DNA of 63,804 nucleotides, filler included, from Atractiella rhizophila (GCA_021432655.1; 9 parts of 9 records of this genome joined end to end with filler, not necessarily neighbours in it), one strand, 5' to 3'. Shown: positions 12,888 to 26,058, numbered from the whole stretch's first letter. The notes: a model not told the origin generated them from the letters alone. Numbers and translations are program-made.

Positions 12888-13922
12888 TCAGCAGTTTAGA
12901 AGCTCTGCCAATGCCACCATCAAGCCACCCTCCACAAACATGTTTACTGTTTTCCTTAATCTCCTCCCGCAGCAATCCTACATCCTCCGTCTCTCGCTCA
13001 ATGTACACTGTGCTCATACCCCTGTCCCATCGTATCGTCGTATGAAGGATTTCAATACGGCAAGTAGGGTGGAACACAAACACTGATTTTGCTGCATCCA
13101 AGTCGTAGGCATGGGCAGCAACCATCGTCGCCTCCTCTGGTTTCACGTTGAGGAGTTCAAGCGCGCGGAGGTACATCTCCTTTCTCGGCTGTTCACGCAG
13201 TCACTCTCTCCTTTTCTAATCGTAGAAATGGAAGACGCAAAAGGCGGACCTTGACGGATTGCAGAAGTTGTGACGAGAAGAGCATATCGAATTCCAGTTC
13301 ACCTGCTCTAGCCTAGTCGTCGGGTTTCTCAGTGTACATTCAAACGGTTGGGTTCTCGAATAGGAAGAATCGACGACGCACGACGTCAATTTGGTACCTC
13401 GTCGATCCATTTGCCAACACCGCTCTTCCTCGCGACCTTGGTCAATAGTCTTTTTGATTACCAAGCAACCTACACGATATACCCCCCTTTCCTGAGGCGT
13501 TCTAGCCCATCAGCGCTTCCCTCCCACCCCTTCTGACCATGCCAAGCTCTAACTAGCTCCTTCTTCATCTCCTCCGACAAGTCGACACCTTCCTCTCTCA
13601 GCACCACCTCCAATGCTCGTGTATGCATGGCATCAATGTCGTCCAACGACCCCACGGTAGGATCAGCCGCGATGGAATGCGCGAGGGTGAAGAAACATTC
13701 TCGCCAGCGGAGGGCGAAGGAGGAGGGGGAGAGGGTGGAAGGGAGTACAGAGGACGAGGTGAGGGTGGAGGAGATGTGGGAGTGCCAATCCGTCACGGTC
13801 CCCATCTGTTTTCTGCTAAGATACTACTGTAGTAGGAGAGCGAGATGGAAGAGGAGACGAACAAGGTCGAAGAGGAGGACTTTAGACGTGAGTACTGCGG
13901 GAGGAGTGGAAGCGCTGGTCAT
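12888..13922 (-). CDS. Haloacid dehalogenase type II (HAD superfamily)
   Basis: VLLFDL|MGTVTDW motif I; LVRAWH; MYLRALELLNVKPEEATMVAAHAYDLDAAK; GMSTVYIERETED. The 12888 stop assumes a 1-nt homopolymer correction at about 12950; uncorrected the frame ends at 12826. Confidence 0.88.
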
Positions 13923-14135
13923 GATGATCTTGGCGACAACAGAGATACCGCCAGGAATATCGCAGGACAAAGGAAAATAATATGGATGGTATTCTTCAGG
14001 TCAGGACTCGCATGTTCCCGTCTGTGATGTAAGCAGATTACTAACTAATTACTCAGCCCAGATCTAAGCAATTTGTATCATCAAAGTGAAAGGCAAGAGA
14101 GCTCCGCCAGCCAACCTCCATTCCGCTATCTGAAG

Positions 14136-14586
14136 ATGGTCAAACCGACTCTTGAGTTCTTTCCGACCTCCTCCCTCCCACTCACTCCTCTCGATCCTTC
14201 CGATCCCACCGGAGCCCACCAACGGTTGCTCTCCGATGACCCCACGACAGGAGATAAATCGCTCATACTCGTCCATCCCCCTTCCAGTCGTTGGGGTGGT
14301 GAAGTGGGAGAGGGGACGGTGCATGAGTATTGGGAGGAGTGCTTGATTCTTCGTGGTCGTTTATACGACTTGAGTGAGTCTCCGTCTCTTCAAAAATCAG
14401 TGTTATCCTGAGCGAACCGCTTGGCTCACTCCTTCGATCAATCGGGGAACAGCATTGAAGCAGTGGTTCGGAAAAGGAGATTATTGCTGTCGACCCCCAG
14501 GGATGAAACATGGTCCCTGGGTTGCAGATGAGGAGGAAGGTTGTGAGGAGTTCGTGAATGTTCGGTATGAAGCAAAAAAGCCGTGA
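14136..14586 (+). CDS. ChrR-like cupin domain protein (2 exons)
   Basis: KPTLEFF...LLSDDPTTGD...HEYWEECLILRGRLYDL|...FGKGDYCCRPPGMKHGPW cupin motifs. Confidence 0.85.
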
Positions 14587-16117
14587 AGTAAAGAATTGCA
14601 CGAGTCTATTCAACTTGGTTCGACTCCAACAGTTGGGTTCCCTCAACCTGCCTGAAGCGCTTCACATTCTGGAGCATCTGCTTTGTCCGTTTCAGGAACT
14701 GCAAGGTTTAGGAGGACATCGAGGAGGACGTCCCTGGATCAATCCTGCGACCTTAACTTACCTTCTTTGCATGGCATCGTCACCGTTGTTCTTGGCAACT
14801 GGCACTCTGACTTGGGGAGAGGAGTGGAGCGTCTGATGAGGATCTAGCATGTTGTCGTTGTCTGAGACGGTCGACAAGCTTATCTGACACGCTGGAATCG
14901 AGGCGTCCCCTTCTACAATGGTGCATGTGTAGTGGCGAATGATGCTAGAGCACGCTTTAAACATGCATTGTGAATGCAAGGTTCACAGACGTGTAAGGTA
15001 TTAAGGAATCGATGGAGCAGTCAAATATCAAGCCCACTTCTGGAGAACCGTCCATCTTCACCTCCTCCTTCACTTGTTCTCCTTGTGAATGTGTAATCCT
15101 CTACCACGTCAATGCCGGCCGTGAGTGCAACACATCCATTCCTGGACTTCCAAGGTGAGCACTTTGTTCTCGACAACGCTGTTTTAGGACCGGCTCAATT
15201 GATCAAGCGGTAACTGAGGTTCTCCCCCCTTCCCCCTTCTTCCCTGTCGTCCCATTCCTTTTGAAGGAACCGATCAATCTATTGTTCCTTTGATTCCTTT
15301 GATTCAAAGGTACCCCCATCCACTCTTGCCCATGGCTTCGTGGACGGCCAATTGTAGAGTTGCCGCACAATGTTCGTAGTTCGTATGACGGACACGGATT
15401 GCGGAGGAGAAGTAGGAGCTTCAAGTTGAGGTGGAGGAAGAACGTTCTGCGACTGGCTCTTGGAGGCCGGTATTTAACGGTTATCTAACATTTTACTTGT
15501 TTGAGAGTCTCGATGGGTGTCCCATCTAACATCTTCGCCTCACTGGCAGTTGGCTGATGAACTCGCTCTCCTATATAGCATGAGAGAGAATTGCTCCACC
15601 AATCTCCATTCTTCAAGTTGCCGACCGCAGCAAGAACAGGTCAAAGAGCGCAAGATAACAGGCGCTAAATCTGGGGCTCTAAATATCCAACCATTCTTTC
15701 CAATTTTCGTCCGAGAGTCGAACATCGAATGCTCCCCTCTCCACTCTTGAGAACAGTCGGATCCTTAAAGAATCGGATCGGCTTGAGGTTCGTCAAGAGC
15801 TCGAAGACGCCTAAATTGCTGAATTCTGGTGTTGATACCCGCGCAGATTGCATTCACATCTCCTCATCTCAACCAAATGACAGAGCGCGGCAGGCCATAA
15901 GCGGAATCTACCCGGACGTGGCGCTGGCACTCAGTTATTATCCTGACGACAGTCGAAGTTCTCAGCGACGCGCTATGAAGCGAGTAAGTGCCGAGGCGGT
16001 TAAACACCTTCTTCCCCTGCTTCTCCCTACTATGCCTGCGATTACTCTTTAAGATGGGGAGCTGTCCTCAATCTGAAAATCTGTTCTCTTTTTGCTTTCT
16101 GATCGTTGGTGGCAAAC

Positions 16118-17815
16118 ATGAGCAGCGAGGCACCGGTTCAGACTTTCGTGCAATGGACGACAGAGGAGTACCGACTTCACATTATGCCCGTCGTCGTCGG
16201 TGCTTCTATCGGTTCCATCCTGTTCGGGATATCAGTCCATCAGTTCTTGCAAGTGTTCAAGCTCATGCATGAACGCGGGACCTGGTACTCGAGGTCTTGG
16301 TGGGTCTTGATGGTCCTCTTCTGGCTCAGTCTCGCAGACACGTAGGTGTTTCCATACTCTCCTTCTCTCCCAGGCCGTTGATGTCGGAGACAGCATCAAC
16401 AAGTTGATTCTTTTCGTCAACTACATGCAGGGTGCTGCTCTTGATGGGGTACTCCTGTTTGTCAAACCTGTTGATCGGACATTCAGTAAGTTTTCTCGTG
16501 GCCTCACATTATGGACTCTCTAATTCTGGTTGATAAGTCGCAACCGCAATCTTTCAAGGTATTGTAGTAGTGTTCGTCCAATTGCTTTACATCTACCGCA
16601 TCTTGCGGATCATGGGGTTCGTCGCTTCTCTTAGCAACAAGTTTGGCCTCTGAAGTCGGTCAATTTTTATCAAGGGGTATTGGGGCAAAGTTCAACCCGT
16701 CCCATCGTCGGGCGAGGATCGTCACATATGGGTACGACAAACCCGTTGGGTTGAATTCGAACTTACAGGAGCGCAGGTGTCTCTGTCTGGCAGGAGTGTT
16801 GATAATCGCTTCAGTAAATCATCTTAAATATTTCAAAACGAAGCTCACAACATGCAACAGCTCGTCGCCTTCACCCTCGCTGCCATTGTTCAGGCTCAAC
16901 CGATCATCAACTATTTCCCACGTCTGTTCGCTCCAGGGATCATAGCCCTGAGCTGTTCGTTCCCTTCTCTCTTCCTAGTGGAAACTTTTAAATTCGTGAT
17001 GGCTAGGTGCGTCAGCGGTAGATGTGATCCTCTGCGCTTGCATGGTTTATCATCTCCAACAACACAGAACGAAATCGGATTTTGACAGCACCAACTCCAT
17101 GGCTAGAAAGGTGCGCTTCTCCTTGACACTGGTTCTAAGCTGACAAAGTTCCATGACATAGTTCATGTGCGGCTCTCAGGCTTTATCTGCGATAATGTTG
17201 TGGCTCAACGCGTCTTTAGCAAGCTGACACTTGAGACTGGACTCATACCAACAATAGCACAGGTGTGTTGACAATCCTTTGAAGTCTTCCAAGCTTACAG
17301 AGCCTAGGTCTTGGAACTGCTCTTTATTATTATCAAGCCAGTATGTCGTTCCCTTCTCATGCAGAAAACCGCTGACGACTGCCTGAAGCGCTCAGGGTGG
17401 TGGGGGGCAATAGGGTATTTTATTGGAAAGGTCAAATCAGTGTTTCTGTCACACTACGTGTTGCTGATGAACAAGGGTATGCGTAGCTCTACGTGATCGC
17501 AGCCCTGGTTCTGTACGAGGCTGCGCTGGCGGCCAACACCAATCCCTCTTCCACAAGCCGAAGCCACGAAAAGGGGAACATGCCACCGTCCCGAAATCTC
17601 TCGAGATGCGCACTCCATGACCAAATCTTTGTACGTCGTCTGCTCTTTGTCTCTATGAAAGCGAGCTGAGAAAACCCAAGGTTACCAAGATGTCAGTGCA
17701 GCAAACCGACGTCCTGGAACAGTCGGTACAACTCGATCGTGTACATTCTTCTCCGCCTTCGTTTCACGAGAAGAAAGGAGAGCTTGTTTCGAATGGGCAA
17801 AGCTATGAAGTCTGA
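16118..17815 (+). CDS. Fungal multi-pass membrane protein (DUF6534-type), many exons
   Basis: GASIGSILFGISVHQF; LMVLFWLSLADT; FQGIVVVFVQLLYIYRI; SAVDVILCA; TLETGLIPT. The last exon ends EV* at 17815. Confidence 0.72.
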
Positions 17816-18511
17816 AGTTGCTTGGTCCCTCACTGCACCATTGTTGTGTGTACTCTGAGTTGGCTGGTTGAACCTCGGGCTTGATGCTTGTGGAGTTTGT
17901 CGCTATAGAATGTGTTTGATGATGTAACCGTGGAACGTCGTTCATACTAGAGCATTACCACTTCAGGTAACTTTCGTGAAAGGTATCCTAGGACCAGCTT
18001 GCGGATATTTTCAACCGGTTTGCGATCCAACGTTGCATGTCAACGAACTCTACACGCAGCTTATCGAGAGCATCACGCTGCACAACGGTTCGCAATAGCT
18101 TTCTTCGAAACGTTCTTCCCGTGACCAAAGAGCAAGGATGGGAACAGTGACGGTAAAGTCAATGGCCTTGAATTTAGATGAAAGGGCAAACAAACACAAG
18201 AAGGCTTCAAGCAGAAGATGTTGAGGCGTTTTCAAGACTCAAGTAGGTGCGAAACGCGTGACAATGCTACAGCACGTAAAACTGACGTCCGTGTTACATG
18301 ACCAATGAAGCAGTTGATCCCCAAATACCCAAATTACTCTTATGCAGTCTCCTTTTCCCATGTTTTCCTATCAGCAGCGGAGAGACGCAGCTGGAGGAAA
18401 CATGAGGTCCCTCTACCCATACTGATGTATGCTCGTCTTCTCCCAATGAGCAGTCAATAGCTCCACTCCAGCTTTGAGCTTCACAACGCGTTACCACGGA
18501 TCCCCTGAGCT

Positions 18512-19190
18512 TCATCCGGTATTTTGATTGTTTCTTGATGCTCCATCCTCAATGGCAAGCTTCAAATCCTTCCAAACCGTGACCAAAACCTTGAGCGGCG
18601 GTTTAATATCCTACCACCCACAAAGGTATATCACTCTCATCTCCATTAAACAATCTCAAAACCAGAACAATCTCCTCCTACACTACCAGAGAGACGACGC
18701 ACCTCGAAAACAACCACAAGCTCCGTCTCGCCTTCCTCGCCTTCTGGACGCTGCAGAACGAGCACCAGGACCCAGATCACTTTCCAACCATGAACTACTT
18801 CGTTGAGGTGTGCGGCGCGTATGTGAGCTATTGGAATGAGAATGGGCTTCGTGGAGAGTTGGACGCCGAGAGAGGGAAGGACGAGGAGGGTAGCTTCGTG
18901 CATACCAACTTATGTCAACTGACATCTAGAAGCATAAGGGGTTGAATGGAGAGCTTACACGTCCGTTTACGCCCTGTGAAAGCATAGTAGATACCATATG
19001 CGCCAATGATACCTGCAACCCAGAATGACCGTACCCAGATAAACAACAAGGCAACTGTGAGTCCAACCCAGGCCAACGGGGTGGAGCGCAGTTGTGTCAC
19101 CGTGTAGAGCGTGCTAGAAGGTGTTGGGTGGGTGAGGCTGAGGCTGATGCGACGCGCGAGGGAAGGGCCATCGTTCTCCCAAAATTTCAT
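18512..19190 (-). CDS. GPI15: GPI-GlcNAc transferase subunit PIG-H / Gpi15
   Basis: Two TM helices, then EATLLVLPSLGVQLST, LIPIAHIR...LNEVVHGWKVIWVL, LVVVFE|..KPPLKVLVTVW; this is the PIG-H domain pattern. Confidence 0.75.
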
Positions 19191-19975
19191 TGGCGCGTAA
19201 CCTCGCTGGGACTTGTTCGTGTGAATCGGAAGTGAGCACGTAGTTTAGTTCTGGTTGACTATCCGTCCAATTTCTGGAAACAATAACAGCCGACTTGCTT
19301 CTGATGATCCGATGCTTCACAAAGAATTGTTACAACGATCCATTTCACGGAATGTTAGATTTCAATACGTGTCAGCGTCGGGTGCTTTGTGAAAGCGACA
19401 GAAGTATGCGCGCCATCGAGTCTCAGGCTAGTTGCTCATTTTCCTGTCCGAGATCTTTGCTACCAGGAAATAATGGGTTAGCTCATTTACTTGAGGAAAG
19501 GTGCCCAAGCATATGAACTTCTCATAGCTGTAGATGGTACAAGCACTCTCCAATAGGCTCAATCAGCTCGGACTCGTTACTTTTGCTCGCGTTTTGTTCC
19601 GTTCAAACCTCTCTCCCACCTCTCTCACCATCCCCGACCCGCAGGAATCGTGATGAGTTCCTGCTCCAGAGCACCGAATCGAGGCCGACGCTCGCGCTGA
19701 GCTCCACGCACACACACTACCATGATCCTGATCCTGAATTTCTGCCACGCCGACTTCGGAGAAGCACTTACCTCAGCCCTCCACAATTTGTCGGCGCTTG
19801 TGTCGCGTTCCAGCTTAGGGTGAATTCCACAGCGCAGGCAGCGACAATGCGCGTCCTGGAAGAGAGGTGGAGCTCCAGAGGAGCATAAAAGGAGGTGTGA
19901 ATTGCTAGCGAAATCAGACAACAATTCCTCAAATTCGAAGAAGTTGACAATCAAAAGAGCATACAGCAATTCAAG

Positions 19976-20333
19976 ATGCCAACTACTCAGAAAGCGGCCG
20001 TCACTCCCGTCGTTCATGGTGGTTTCGTAGTGCAGACCATCGACGTCCCTACGCCTGCGAAGGACGAAGTGCTCATCAAGATTCAAGCGGCTGGTTTGAA
20101 TCCTATGGATTGGAAGATGCATGACTCCAACGTTTATATTACTTCTTACCCCTATGTTCTAGGAGGAGATATCGCTGGGGTCGTCGATGAAGTGGGAGAG
20201 GACGTGAAGGATTTCAAGGTTGGTGACAGAGTGTGAGCCCTTTAATCTACAAACGCACAACAATAACTAACCTCGCAATCAGGATGGTTGGAACGATGGG
20301 TGGCGCATTTCAGCAATATTTTGCTTACAAGAC
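19976..20333 (+). CDS. MDR-family NAD(P)-dependent oxidoreductase (enoyl-reductase-like), 3'-truncated
   Basis: VPTPAKDEVLIKIQAAGLNPMDWK...YPYVLGGDIAGVVDEVGEDVKDFKVGDRV (GroES-like domain). Confidence 0.9.
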
Positions 20334-20433
20334 NNNNNNNNNNNNNNNNNNNNNNNNNNNNNNNNNNNNNNNNNNNNTTAATTAATTAANNNNNNNNNNN
20401 NNNNNNNNNNNNNNNNNNNNNNNNNNNNNNNNN

Positions 20434-22987
20434 TTACGCACAATTTCATGATTCCCCAACTCCATATTCCCCCTCGCCATCCATTCATAAACCCTCCAAC
20501 AACGTCTCCACTCCTCTCCCAATCCCTCAATCTCTTGCAGCGCCTCCTTGATCCTGAAAGCCTCCAAAAGGCGTGAAATGCTAGCAAAGCGCCTGACAGA
20601 CTCGCACAGATACGCTTCCGCCTCCCTCGCCTCTGTGAGTGCCTCCTCTGAAGGCCCAGAAGGCTCCCGCACATGGTATAGGCTGTCAGTCTCGGAAACA
20701 GGGGAGGTAGCTTTCGATGGACCACGGGAGGAAGAGATGGGAGTAGAACCGGGCTTTAATCGTTTGCGCTCTCTCACTGCTGCCGTTGCACCCTACATTA
20801 ACGTCCCACGATAAATCACGTATCAGTACTCCCTTCAATATTCGGAAAAAAGACAGAAGAGGGATCGGACGCACAGATACCTTTCCCCTCGCACCTGCAC
20901 CTACACCTACTCCTACACCCGCTCCTAACCTCGTACTCCTCCTCACAGCCGGCGCCGTCCCCCCAATCGCAGTTGCACCAGACGCACCCGCCGTTCCCGA
21001 GGTCTTTCTTACCACTCCAGCTGCACCAACAGCGGTTGCGGTTGTGCGCGATGGGACAGCTGTACTACCACCGGTGGCGGATCTCGGTCTTTTATTTCCT
21101 GCCTGTCGAGGGACTCCGGATGCAGATGTTGATGGGAGGGGTATGGAAGATGCAGGGGTTGAGGTGGTGGTGGAAGGGGGGAGGGCGGTGAATGTGAATT
21201 GAGCCTGCGTCCGTGCGGTGGAAGAGGAGGAGGATGGTTTGGATTCGTTTGATGTCGCTTTTTGCATGTTTGAGGCGGACGGTGGCTTCCTATTTTCATG
21301 CCCTAGATGTTAGCACAAATCTTACAGCGATTATTGAAAGGAATGAAGAAAGGATAAAAGCGCACTCGGGAACATCCACATCCATCGCGTCCCCCTTCTT
21401 CCTCAGACCTTTCTTCATTATGAATACCCTCTTCTCCTTCTCCTCTTCCTTCTTCTCGACAGCGAACAGCTTGGCCAATCTCTCCTCTTCTACAGGTCGT
21501 CCCAACTTTGCCAATCCCTCCAATGCTTCCCAACACCACCTTCCCCCTTCTCCAGCAAGAGCCTTCTCATAATGTTCCGCCGCCCTCTCCTCCATCTGAC
21601 TCGCGAGCGCGAGACGAGCAAGTTTACACTCCAAGCCTACAGCCGCCGACGGGGGTGTGATACCAGGAGGCAACGGTGGTAGATCGTCCTCCGTGCCTTT
21701 CATCTGTGTCTGTGTAGACGGCTGTGAGGGTGTGATGTTGGTGGAATGACGGATCTCCCAGAGACGTTTGACGCGAGACAGGTATTCCAGTCCCTCTCTC
21801 GCCCTTTTCTCTTCCAACCCCGCACCAGCACTGTACCCTGCGCCGCCGGTCCCTCCTCCCATTCCTCCAGATCTCGGCATGATTTCCTCTGCGCACATTT
21901 CCGCATACAGCTCGCAACACCTCAGGCTTACTTCGATGGCGGGTCGCAGAAAGAGGGTAGGTAGCGAAAGGGAGTAAGACGGATGGTAAGATGCCCGTTG
22001 TTCCGTCATTTTTGAGGTTAGAGGGGAGGGAAGAGAAGCTGATTGAAGAACAGGAGAGGTGAGCGGTCCGGAGTGAAGGAAGGAGGGAAGGAGGAGGTAA
22101 CTTCCCTCGTCTTTCGTATTGTTTTCATTCGCCATTGCGTTCGAATGTGCGATAGCCGGAGCGAGCGGGTTCAAGGGATTAGGGACCGAAGTGCTCGACG
22201 CAGGCATAGAGGGAAACTTTGGCAAAGACCCCAAGATGTCGCGAGCCATGGTATCGAAAGCGTTCGCGTCCATCCCAATCGTCGCATCCACCGCCGCCAT
22301 ACCCACATCGAGAGCTTGCAACTTCGTGATCGCATCCACGCCCAACGGATACTTGTACACCTTGATCTCGGCCGGAAAGTTCCACACCGTCTTCTCCCTC
22401 TTCTCCTCCCCTCTTCCCTGTCTCCCTCCCATCCCTCCCGCACCCGTCCCCATCTCCTGCGTCTTCTTCTTGTCCGACGACAGCGCCGCCTGGATCGACG
22501 CGGTAGCAGACGAAGTGGGGGATGTTGAGCGTTGGAGCGTGTTTACGGGCACGGGGGCCAAAATGTAACCCTGATCGGGACTCGACTTTTCCTTCAGCTT
22601 CCCTTTCCCGTTCCCTCCCACTCCTTCGTTCTCAAGACGCGCACCTTCCTCCGCCTCGCTGTGTCTGAATCCCTCCACCTTGCACCTGACCAGTCCCTCT
22701 CTGAGCACACGCATGCTCTCCGCCCTCTCCCCGACGGCTTTCAACGCGCTGGCGTAGCAGAAGACGGCGAGTTCCGCCTGCGGCATGAGGGAGAAGAGAC
22801 GTTCGGCGTAGAACAAGGCGGTGACGGGCGAGCTGGGGAGTGTGGCGAGTGTCAGGTTGGAGAGAAGGGAGATGAGGGACGGCGTGAGGGGTACGTTGCT
22901 CGGAGGAAGAGTGCTGTGGGAGGCGTTGATGACGATCGGCGCTTGGAGCTGTAGTGGCCCTGGAGGATTGCCTGACGGAGCAGCCAT
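20434..22987 (-). CDS. CDC27: APC/C subunit 3 (Cdc27/BimA/Nuc2), 3'-truncated
   Basis: N-terminal TPR (TALFYAERLF...VFCYASAL; AAEHYEKAL...WCWEALEGLAKLG), low-complexity linker with RRSTRL, then the start of the C-terminal TPR array (LEAFRIKEAL...WRVYEWMARGNMEL). Confidence 0.8.
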
Positions 22988-23488
22988 GCTGAGATGAACC
23001 GGTGTTCTAGTGAGCAGAGTCAGGCAGCTAAGAAGTGAAGTGAGCCACAAGGGAAGTCGTCAAAAAACAGCACAAAGAACGCCTGACGCGTTTCCGTGTG
23101 GAGTCGTAGTGCCTCTAGTCCTGCTCTAGTCACATGTCCTTGGCCTTCGACTGAGAACCGATATGAACATGCGAGAAGCTGCTCTTCGCGCGTGTTAGGA
23201 GTGATTTTATAGGGTCCTTTCTTCTATTGTATTTCCAGTCCGAATAATGATGCAGGAGATAAATATCACACAGGTGAGCAGAGAGCAGCGTTTTGGGATT
23301 GCGCATATACATTCCGTAAGGTTACTGTAATGGTTAACACACCTCGCTGAATGACCAGGTATTGTAATGGGTATATTGATGATAATTCAGTTCAGGGCCC
23401 AAATTGAAAATACATTCTTTCCTCTCTCCCTGGAGATACACAACACAACTTCAACTTCATCACCACATTGCATCCAGCATGGAACAAA

Positions 23489-24974
23489 TCAGAGCCTTTG
23501 TTTTCCAGTGGGCTCAGCATAGAGGACCCCAACGGCGTCCGCAGGAGTGGGGTTGACATATTTCTCAGTCACCGCGACACGGGCGTGGCTGATCGTGTCT
23601 GTGATTTCGAACGAAGGAGCTTCAATGTCCATCTCAACGCCAATGATGACTGGGGTCTCCTTGAAAAGCCTTCGCTTCGCCGCACCAGTTTCAAGGTCGC
23701 GTTTGGACACCTTGGAGTGGAAGTGAGCCCATCGGCCTTGGACGTCGCGCTTGAGGCTGAAGACGGTCTCGATTCAGCGACGATGTATTGAGAGAGGAGA
23801 AAAAGGGAACGTACTGGTTGTGCTGCTGTCGGATGGAAAGGTCGCAAGTAGTCCTAGTCATGGCTGCCTTGTTGATCCTCGTGTTGCTCTGGTAAGCATT
23901 GAGCTGGTTCTGCATGCATGAGACGGAGGGTCCACTGGGGTAGGCGTTGAAGAGATCGTTGTACAGGCTCATCACGGTGACCTGTCCTTGAAAATAAACA
24001 ATTGCAGTCGATACTACTATTGTCTGCACTGACCTGGGCAAAGTCTTCAACTTCGTTGTTGTTGGCATAAGCATCAGGAACACAGGTATCGGCAGCGATT
24101 GCATTTTTGAACGTAGAGCTGGTGCTGAAAGATTGGTCAACAGTGTGACCCTGTCAAATTCTTCAGCTTGAAGTATACTTCTGAAGTGGTCGAGTGAGAC
24201 AACGCACTTGTTCGTGGATAAAGACGGTCAATCCAGCCTCAGAACTTTCATCGCCAAAGACGAGAATGTCGCTGCGACGACGACGATGAGAGCAAAGTCG
24301 ATTGAGAGAGAAACAAAGCTCACTTGGCTGGGAGCCAGGTGACAGCGTGGTTTCCAGTGTCGGGGAAACTGAGGAAGAATCTCGTGTAGTCTCGGAGGGT
24401 TGTAGGAGTTCTGTCGACATTGTTGAGCCCAATAAACAGGCTTTACGAGATGAGATGAGCACACCTTCCCAACTGAACCAAGACATCGTTCAGGGACATA
24501 TGAATTCCCTTGGCTTCGCTATCCAGATTGTAAATTATGACGATCTTGAAACGTTTGAGACTAAACGCTCACTTGCAGTAGCAGACTGTGTAGGCGAGAC
24601 TACAGTCAGGGAACTATCGCCATTTTTCAGTCTGACTGATGCAGCAATATAGGTACAAAGCTTACGGTGACATTAACAGCTTGCATGCTAGCCGCGGCAC
24701 AGTATGCTGATCCATCGTCATGCTTGGAAGCAGCGTAGCTCGCACACTGTGAGGGTAGATTGACGCCAACGTAGCTCCCTCCCTTGAAGGGAAGTTTATC
24801 GTTGAACTGGTAGTGCGGACCAAGTCCTGTTCAAAAGATGAGGAGTGCTCAACACTCAAGAAGATTTTGCCACTTACCGTCAGAATAGAGATTGTTCTTG
24901 CCTAAGGCGGCAGAGGCCTTCCCAGTCAGAAGAGACAAGGAGGACAGAACGACAGTGAAAGCGAGAGTATACAT
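23489..24974 (-). CDS. Secreted Con-13-like zincin metallopeptidase (HExxH), multi-exon
   Basis: Signal peptide MYTLAFTVVLSSLSLL...; spliced VFIHEQ|GHTVD...DTCVPDAYANNNEVEDFAQ; SCMQNQL. This pattern matches the Neurospora conidiation-specific protein 13 family. Confidence 0.75.
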
Positions 24975-26058
24975 ATCGAAGATAGACGAGTAGAAGAGGG
25001 AGCTGATGTTGGGTCGTCTCAAAACGAGTCCCTTTTATGCAACTTCAGGAGCGAGCCCTTTGTTCCCCTCATCGATTGCAGCGAGGACAACGAGGACGAC
25101 CCCGTGCCAGGATGCCTTCGGTTTGCACTCCTGTTAATTCCATACTGGGGAATAGGGAGCTTGTCCACCCGTAAACGCGTTGAGGTCGAACCAGATGATG
25201 CAGTGTGACAGCTAATGATTGACCCCACACACCAGGACAAAACCCACGGAAGCGTCCACCTGCACCCTGCTTCAGCGATTCCGGAGGGGCTGATGACGCG
25301 AAGTCCGTCGAACAATTGTGGCTGAGTGCCATTAGGTGCTAGGTAGCCGCACGGGCGGTATAGTTGTTGATAAGTTTCAAGCAGTCGTCGCGCCGACCAG
25401 ACCGTCCTTCACAGGATCATGATGTGCTCGACGATCGCTGTGCAGTCCTCCCAGGAAGTGACGAAGAACAACTTGACAGCACTTCCTGTCAGGACGGGCA
25501 ACAGAAGAAGCGCTTGAAAGTGGAAGCTCGCGGGCATGGATTCGTCACACCCTCTCGCATGTGATCGAATAAGGGCTTTTCATAGCCCACCTGAGAAGAA
25601 CAACGTATTTCAACACTGTTTCGTTGGAGGCGGCGATCAATTTGAATTGAAGACAATGTTGAATACACAAAAACTAGAACATGAACATGAATAAAAACGA
25701 AACTCAATCATTGACGTGACTTGATGAAGCTATGGGTCGTGGACATAAGAGTGCCCACGGCGAAGAATATAAAATGAACTAATAGCGCCGCGTGAAAATA
25801 CTCGTGTACTCATGAAGTAGAGAATGGTAGGATCATGATGCAGATCAGACCCGTGGACTCTGTGTGGAGGCTGGCAAAGAATGACAAATCAGCAATGGTG
25901 ATTATTGAATATAGATACAAGTTGCTGGGGAATCAGGAGAACTGTTCGGCGGGTATGCGCGGCCAAGTGAAGCTTGAGGGTGGTAACCCTTAATGATATG
26001 TTGATAATGTACATCTTCTTCATAAGAGAAGCCGTAGAACCGGCTGGCTGTCGCAAGG

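Noticed and set aside
14600..15460. Coding-like minus-strand fragments
   Set aside because: Stops in all frames and no recognisable motif; perhaps a decayed gene or transposon, but not supportable.
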